This document shows positions 26,797-32,000 of a stretch of 32,000 nt of DNA, piece after piece. The notes below the pieces were generated by a model. The model worked only from the letters and a program-made list of their open reading frames with translations. It was not told where the DNA came from and did no database searches. The stretch comes from Vibrio vulnificus CMCP6. GTDB lineage: Bacteria; Pseudomonadota; Gammaproteobacteria; Enterobacterales; Vibrionaceae. The stretch covers positions 3,016,104 to 3,048,103 of the forward strand of contig NC_004459.3 of the NCBI RefSeq assembly GCF_000039765.1, given 5' to 3'. The number at the start of each line of letters is the position of its first letter. The stretch's first letter is position 1. The translations under genes and the position numbers were made by a program.

Positions 26797-27818
26797 CAGG
26801 CACCAAACCTTACTCGTGGGTCAGTTAATGCCACACAAAGATCTGAAAGAATATTGCCCACCATCAACATAACAGCATTAATAGCAACAATACCCATTAC
26901 AACGGGGTAATCACGCTCAATAATAGATTCGTAACCAAGAAGCCCTATACCATCGATATTAAAAATAACTTCGATCAAAAATGAACCTGTCATAAAGAAC
27001 AATAGAGAATTACCAAAATGACTTGCGATTGGAATTAAGCTATTTTGCAAAGCATGCTTTTTCACTGCTTTTTTAAAAGGCAGCCCCTTAGAAATCGCGG
27101 TACGAATATAATCTGAAGAAAGGTTTTCCATTAAACTATTCTTCATCGTCATTGTTAACGTCGCAAAGTCGCCAATCAAATAACAAATAAGCGGCAAGAC
27201 TGCGTGCCACATAATATCTTTAAATTGAAGCCAGAAGGTTTCATAGTCGTCAAAGTCATCGCCGACAAAACCACCCATAGGAAACCATTCAAGGTTATAG
27301 GCAAAAACGGTGATCAAAAATACGCCAACAACATAACCAGGCAAAGCATAACCAACAAAAATCATTATCGATGATGCAGAGTCAAAAACAGAACCGTGCT
27401 TTATAGCTTTGTAATAACCTAAGGGTATGGAAATAAAATAACTGATAAAAAACGTCATGCCGCCATAAAATAAGGAAACAGGAAGACGCTCTGCGATCAT
27501 AGTCCCAACAGGCTCATAATAGCGTGTGGATTCACCGAAATCTAAGACAAGAAGACGAGTCAACCAATCCCAATAAGCTTCAACAACTGGTTTATCTAAA
27601 CCGTAGAAAGCGTTTAGCTCTGCCATTTGATCTTCGGAAAGGGCCGAATTGTTACCAGCGACACTGACCGTAGCGCTATCACTGCCAGAATGCATGCTTG
27701 CCAGCATACGCTCTACAGGGCCACCAGGCACAAAACGGGTAATGGCAAAAATTAAGATGGTAATGCCAAGAAACGTCGGCACGATTAACGCCATACGTCT
27801 GAGGATATAAGATAACAC
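26796..27818 (-). CDS. yejB: Peptide ABC transporter permease, YejB-like (340 aa, GTG start)
   Basis: MLSYILRRMALIVPTFLGITILIFAITRFVPGGPVE and the C-terminal LSDLCVALTDPRVRF match the DppB/YejB pattern. Its stop overlaps the yejE-like start at 26796. Confidence 0.75.
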   Translation of the reverse strand: MLSYILRRMALIVPTFLGITILIFAITRFVPGGPVERMLASMHSGSDSATVSVAGNNSALSEDQMAELNAFYGLDKPVVEAYWDWLTRLLVLDFGESTRYYEPVGTMIAERLPVSLFYGGMTFFISYFISIPLGYYKAIKHGSVFDSASSIMIFVGYALPGYVVGVFLITVFAYNLEWFPMGGFVGDDFDDYETFWLQFKDIMWHAVLPLICYLIGDFATLTMTMKNSLMENLSSDYIRTAISKGLPFKKAVKKHALQNSLIPIASHFGNSLLFFMTGSFLIEVIFNIDGIGLLGYESIIERDYPVVMGIVAINAVMLMVGNILSDLCVALTDPRVRFGA

Positions 27819-28236
27819 CTACGCTCTAACTCCATGCTGTGACAAATTGATTGCCTTAAGACCACAACGACCTTGTTGCGGCCAAACGATAACTTCTGAT
27901 GATATATAATCACAAAAGTATCAATAAGTACGTTCTCAGTTACAATCCGCAACATTTGAACGCTCAGTCTTACATATATTTTTTAGTCAATCACACGGTA
28001 AAACGTATGAAAGTGTGGTTATGATTACGAATAATTAACACACAAGCATCAATTAAAAACCAAATGTTAGGGTGATATCAAATTCGGCTTTTCTAATATA
28101 GAGCGCGTTACGGATACAAACATGCATAGATAGTCGACTCCCATTCACTTTACCGCATAACAAACCCATTCACCGAACCAATAGAAAACTCAACAATCCA
28201 AAAGTCATTTGATTTTACTTGCCCTATCAAATAAAA

Positions 28237-28267
28237 ATGCACTCTTTGATAGTCACAAAGAGTGCAT
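28237..28267 (-). terminator. Rho-independent terminator downstream of pyrF
   Basis: ATGCACTCTTTG / CAAAGAGTGCAT form a 12-bp perfect stem. On the minus strand it is followed by ttttatttgat. Confidence 0.65.
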
Positions 28268-28360
28268 AAAAATTCAATATAAATATTTTCATAACGCGCC
28301 ATTTATTTTGCGACAAGTATCACAATAAAAACAGCATAAGTATCAATCTATGAGCTCAAG

Positions 28361-29059
28361 CTATTTGGTTAGGCTTGTATTTATAGCTTGCAAGACTGCC
28401 GCAGGATCTACTGCCTGCGTAATTGGCCGTCCGATAACAAGGTAATCAGAACCTGCTTGTACCGCTTCAAGTGGTGTCATGATACGACGTTGATCTCCTT
28501 GTTCTGAGCCGAGCGGGCGAATACCTGGCGTAACCAATTTAAACTCTTTGCCCAGCTCATTCTTCAGCAGAGAGGATTCTTGAGCAGAACACACAACACC
28601 ATCCAAACCAGAATTCTTCGTCAACGTAGCTAAGCGAATCACGTGTTCTTGTGGTGCAACGTCCAAACCAATGCCTGCTAGGTCGCTTTGCTCCATGCTG
28701 GTGAGTACGGTCACACCAATCAGTAACGGGCGATCTTTACCATAAGGTTCAAGAATCTCACGAGATGCTGTCATCATGCGTTCACCACCACTTGCATGTA
28801 CATTCACCATCCAGACACCCAACTCAGCTGCTGCTCGAACGGCTTTTGAGCATGTATTTGGGATATCGTGAAACTTCAGATCTAGAAATACAGAAAAACC
28901 ACGTTTGTGAAGTTCACGTACGAAATCAGGACCAAATAGAGTAAACATTTCCTTGCCTACTTTTAGGCGACATGACGCAGGATCAATTCTATCTACGAAG
29001 GCCAGTGCATCGGCTTGATTATCGTAATCCAGTGCGACAATAACTTTTTGGTCGATCAT
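28361..29059 (-). CDS. pyrF: Orotidine-5'-phosphate decarboxylase
   Basis: VIVALDYD..., [12 protein letters not shown] and LVIGRPIT are classic PyrF motifs. Length is 232 aa. Confidence 0.95.
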   Translation of the reverse strand: MIDQKVIVALDYDNQADALAFVDRIDPASCRLKVGKEMFTLFGPDFVRELHKRGFSVFLDLKFHDIPNTCSKAVRAAAELGVWMVNVHASGGERMMTASREILEPYGKDRPLLIGVTVLTSMEQSDLAGIGLDVAPQEHVIRLATLTKNSGLDGVVCSAQESSLLKNELGKEFKLVTPGIRPLGSEQGDQRRIMTPLEAVQAGSDYLVIGRPITQAVDPAAVLQAINTSLTK

Positions 29060-29101
29060 TTCATCTCCTAACTGTTTTTGGTTCTTATTAAATAAAATGT
29101 T

Positions 29102-29138
29102 AAAAAAATGCAGCTGACAGAAACTCTGTCAGCTGCAT
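29102..29138 (-). terminator. Rho-independent terminator after lapB
   Basis: ATGCAGCTGACAG-aaact-CTGTCAGCTGCAT. On the minus strand it is followed by ttttttt. Confidence 0.7.
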
Positions 29139-29143
29139 TGAAA

Positions 29144-30313
29144 CTATTCGCCATCCAATCCTCGGATTGGCTTGATCGTCCCCCACCCTTTACAGGAAGG
29201 ACAATGCCAATAAAGGGAATGCGTAGAAAAGCCACATTTTCGACATCGGTAATGAGGCTTAATTTTAAGCTGTTCTCCGACCATTGCCTGCAGCGTCGTC
29301 AAGCTTTCTTTGGCCCTTCCATCTTCCGCTTCTGCAAGATGATAATCCATCAATCTATAAAAACCTTTCATAGTCGGGTTTTTAATTAATTGTCTTGTTA
29401 ACAACTCTTGAGCTGCACCAACACTCTCGTGATGTGCAACCAATTGGGCCAGCATTAGCTCAGCAGACACACCTGCTTTTTTACTAATACACGCGCGCAG
29501 AAATTCGACAAGTTGATCTTCTTGACCTAGATGGTGGTAACACTCAGCAAGAATAGGCAACGCTTCACTAACGAAATCCGCATCTTGTTCTAGAACATGT
29601 TCCAGATACTCGATCGTCTTGCGATATTCTTCCATCTCGAGGTAAATACGTCCAAGAGAAATCGATGCTCTAACACATTTAGGATCTTCTTGCAGTGCTT
29701 TTTTGAAATGGCTGATGGACTTGGTTTTATTGCCATCCGCTTGTTCTAACATCGCTAGCTCACACCAATAATGGGCGATGTTTTTTCTAATCGATTTTTT
29801 CCCCGTCTTTACTAACAGGTGTGCATAGTGAATCGCTTTATCCCACTCTCGTGTCTGCTGGTAGATTAAGACTAATTGCTGTAAAGCGGCATCACGATGT
29901 TCCGGCTCTTCAACTAACTGCTCGAATATTTTTTCCGCGCGGTCCAGAAAACCCGACACCATATAGTCTTTCGCCAACTGTTGTAGCGCGATGTTTTTTT
30001 GTTCAATGGTCAAGCCGGAACGAGAGATCAAATTTTGATGTATGCGAATGGCGCGATCAACTTCCCCTCTAGAACGGAAGAGATTTCCTAATGCCAGATG
30101 AGTATCAATCGTGTCGTTATCGACTTGAAGCAACTCAATAAAGTGATCTACCGCTTTGTCCGATTGATCAGACAGCAGTAAGTTCAGCCCCGTCACATAT
30201 TGTTGAGAGATCTGATTGGAGTGCTTCTGCTTGTCATCCTGTGCACTGCGATGGCCCATATACCAACCATACGCAGCGGCAATAGGAAGTAACAAGAAGA
30301 GTAATTCAAGCAT
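29144..30313 (-). CDS. lapB: LPS assembly regulator LapB (YciM): TPR protein with a rubredoxin-type zinc finger
   Basis: N-terminal TM helix LELLFLLLPIAAAYGWY, TPR repeats, and C-terminal CRKCGFSTHSLYWHCPSCKGW. Synteny lapA-lapB-pyrF. Confidence 0.9.
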   Translation of the reverse strand: MLELLFLLLPIAAAYGWYMGHRSAQDDKQKHSNQISQQYVTGLNLLLSDQSDKAVDHFIELLQVDNDTIDTHLALGNLFRSRGEVDRAIRIHQNLISRSGLTIEQKNIALQQLAKDYMVSGFLDRAEKIFEQLVEEPEHRDAALQQLVLIYQQTREWDKAIHYAHLLVKTGKKSIRKNIAHYWCELAMLEQADGNKTKSISHFKKALQEDPKCVRASISLGRIYLEMEEYRKTIEYLEHVLEQDADFVSEALPILAECYHHLGQEDQLVEFLRACISKKAGVSAELMLAQLVAHHESVGAAQELLTRQLIKNPTMKGFYRLMDYHLAEAEDGRAKESLTTLQAMVGEQLKIKPHYRCRKCGFSTHSLYWHCPSCKGWGTIKPIRGLDGE

Positions 30314-30328
30314 TAAACCGATTCGCCC

Positions 30329-30595
30329 TTACGCTTGTTTTTCGACCTGTGTGCTTTGCTTTTTGATCTGTTTGTTTAGCTTTCTGATTTTTAATCGCAT
30401 CTTAAACTGCAAGCTAGCAAAAATAGCCCATGCTAATGCAAAGCCTGCGACAAACACACCGCCCAGCAAAGTGGACAAATGAAAATCCCCTTTTGCCAGT
30501 AAGTAGTTGAAAGTAACAACTTCTTGATTCTGAGAACCTAACGCCAGTGCAATAAGAAAGAGAGCTATTACAGCAATGATTTTTATAATTTTCAT
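30329..30595 (-). CDS. lapA: LapA (YciS) family inner-membrane protein (88 aa)
   Basis: Two TM helices and a basic C-terminal tail. It lies directly upstream of lapB. Confidence 0.8.
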   Translation of the reverse strand: MKIIKIIAVIALFLIALALGSQNQEVVTFNYLLAKGDFHLSTLLGGVFVAGFALAWAIFASLQFKMRLKIRKLNKQIKKQSTQVEKQA

Positions 30596-30682
30596 CTGTC
30601 ATCACCTTGAAGATATCAGCCGATACAATTATGCAGGAAAACCCACCTGCCGACCACGGATAATAACAATTATCTGACGATA

Positions 30683-30716
30683 AAAAAGCGGCATACTCTA
30701 GGTATGCCGCTTTTAA
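30683..30716 (-). terminator. Rho-independent terminator after ihfB
   Basis: AGCGGCATAC / GTATGCCGCT stem flanked by an A-run and a T-run (tttttt on the minus strand). Confidence 0.7.
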
Positions 30717-30733
30717 ATCACGATTTATGTAAA

Positions 30734-31015
30734 TCAGCCAATGTTTACGCGCTCGCGCAACTCTTTACCAGGCTTGAAGTGCGGTACGTATTTACCTTCT
30801 AGTTCCACTTTATCGCCAGTCTTTGGGTTACGACCAACACGCGGTTCACGGTAATGAAGCGAGAAACTACCGAAACCACGAATCTCGATACGATCACCGC
30901 TTTCTAAGGTTGAAGCCATATGCTCCAAAATATCTTTGACAGCATCTTCTATCTCTTTGGCTGAAAGATGTGTCTGTTCAGCGCAGAGTCTTTCAATCAG
31001 TTCAGACTTAGTCAT
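30734..31015 (-). CDS. ihfB: Integration host factor subunit beta
   Basis: [10 protein letters not shown]...[49 protein letters not shown]. 93 aa from the ATG at 31015, which has GAGGGA upstream. I rejected the ORF-track extension to 31066. Confidence 0.95.
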
Positions 31016-31225
31016 AGTTTCCCTCTTCGAGTCATTTTTATCACTTATTATAGTAAGTAATATCAATTACACCAAATACTTGCTACAAATTGTAGTGAAA
31101 AATCCGCTACTTGGATGTAATCCTTTTGGGGAAATTTCATTTAAGCCCCAGCTAAAAGCTAAGCGGCAATATTCAGTGGAATTACTACTACATTCACCAT
31201 TAAAACTTATAGCAGACTTTCGTGT

Positions 31226-31256
31226 AAAAAAAAGGAGCCTTTCGGCTCCTTTTTTA
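31226..31256 (-). terminator. Rho-independent terminator after rpsA
   Basis: aaaaaaa-AGGAGCC-tttc-GGCTCCT-ttttt. Confidence 0.75.
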
Positions 31257-31265
31257 AGACGTCTA

Positions 31266-32000
31266 TTATTCGCCTTTAGCTGCTTTGAAAGCGTCAGCCA
31301 TAGCATTACCAAACGCAGCTTCGTCAGCTTTGTTGATGCTTGCCATTGCTTCTTGCTCTTCAGCTTCGTCTTTCGCTTTGATTGAAAGGTTGATTACACG
31401 GTTCTTACGGTCAACACCAGTAAATTTCGCTTCAACTTTATCACCAACGCTTAGGATCAGTGTTGCGTCTTCAACGCGGTCACGTGAAACTTCAGACGCG
31501 CGGATGTAACCTTCTACGCCATCTTCTAGCTCGATAGTTGCGCCTTTAGCGTCAACTGCAGTTACAGTACCGTTAACTAGAGCACCTTTCTTGTTGTCAG
31601 CAACGTAAGCATTGAATGGGTCGTTTTCCATTTGCTTGATGCCTAGAGAGATACGCTCACGCTCTGCGTCTACTGCTAGAACTACTGCAGAGATTTCGTC
31701 GCCTTTCTTGAATTCGCGAACCGTTTCTTCGCCAGCTACGTTCCAAGAAATGTCAGATAGGTGAACAAGACCGTCGATACCACCGTCTAGACCGATGAAG
31801 ATACCGAAGTCAGTGATTGACTTGATCTTACCAGTTACTTTATCGCCTTTAGCTTGAGCTTCAGCGAATGACTGCCATGGGTTAGCTTTACACTGTTTCA
31901 GACCTAGAGAGATACGACGACGTTCTTCGTCGATTTCAAGAACCATAACCTCAACTTCGTCGCCAACATTAACAACTTTAGATGGGTGGATGTTCTTGTT
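31266..32000 (-). CDS. rpsA: 30S ribosomal protein S1, C-terminal part (the gene continues beyond the window)
   Basis: The frame is open to base 32000. Repeated S1 domains are present ([35 protein letters not shown]; [34 protein letters not shown]). Synteny rpsA-ihfB. Confidence 0.95.
   Translation of the reverse strand, partial: NKNIHPSKVVNVGDEVEVMVLEIDEERRRISLGLKQCKANPWQSFAEAQAKGDKVTGKIKSITDFGIFIGLDGGIDGLVHLSDISWNVAGEETVREFKKGDEISAVVLAVDAERERISLGIKQMENDPFNAYVADNKKGALVNGTVTAVDAKGATIELEDGVEGYIRASEVSRDRVEDATLILSVGDKVEAKFTGVDRKNRVINLSIKAKDEAEEQEAMASINKADEAAFGNAMADAFKAAKGE

Noticed and set aside
30936-31385. 149-aa + strand ORF overlapping ihfB and the rpsA 3' end, and similar long antisense ORFs (for example 13122-13475, 13780-14142, 14826-15239, 11549-11878, 7212-7517, 9699-9995, 24881-25183)
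   Set aside because: All lie antisense within confidently assigned genes. They lack RBSs and have low-complexity or Cys/Leu/Ser-rich translations typical of shadow ORFs.

Overview
The window looks like Vibrionaceae chromosomal DNA (my inference from gene content and synteny, with no database check). A core backbone flanks two accessory-looking blocks. The backbone is ald(partial)-methyltransferase-cysB-hypothetical-miaE on the left and pyrF-lapB-lapA-ihfB-rpsA(partial) on the right.

Block 1 (5056-17361) is bounded by two directly oriented copies of a 1.4-kb IS4-family element. The left copy is decayed and the right copy is intact. The outer junctions carry a 10-bp direct repeat with one mismatch. 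Removing the whole 12.3-kb unit in silico rebuilds a perfect 9-bp-stem bidirectional terminator between miaE and the next gene, so I read it as a composite transposon. Its nine cargo genes are:
- a four-gene imelysin / DUF1111 di-haem / imelysin / DUF1513 periplasmic cluster (IrpA-type), which is poorly understood mechanistically;
- the ldtD(ycbB)-mepK(ycbK)-gloC(ycbL) peptidoglycan 3-3 cross-link module;
- two small unknowns.

Block 2 (17396-27818) appears AT-rich and lies entirely on the minus strand. It encodes a YejB/YejE-type peptide ABC importer (two permeases, a 613-aa binding protein, two separate ATPases), a small beta-barrel outer-membrane protein, and a 1214-aa lipoprotein metzincin (HELGHNFGLRHNF). 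Together these look like a self-contained extracellular proteolysis plus peptide-import locus whose linkage I do not recognise as described.

I found no rRNA, tRNA or CRISPR. All functional calls rest on motifs read in the supplied translations and on remembered family knowledge. No searches were run.
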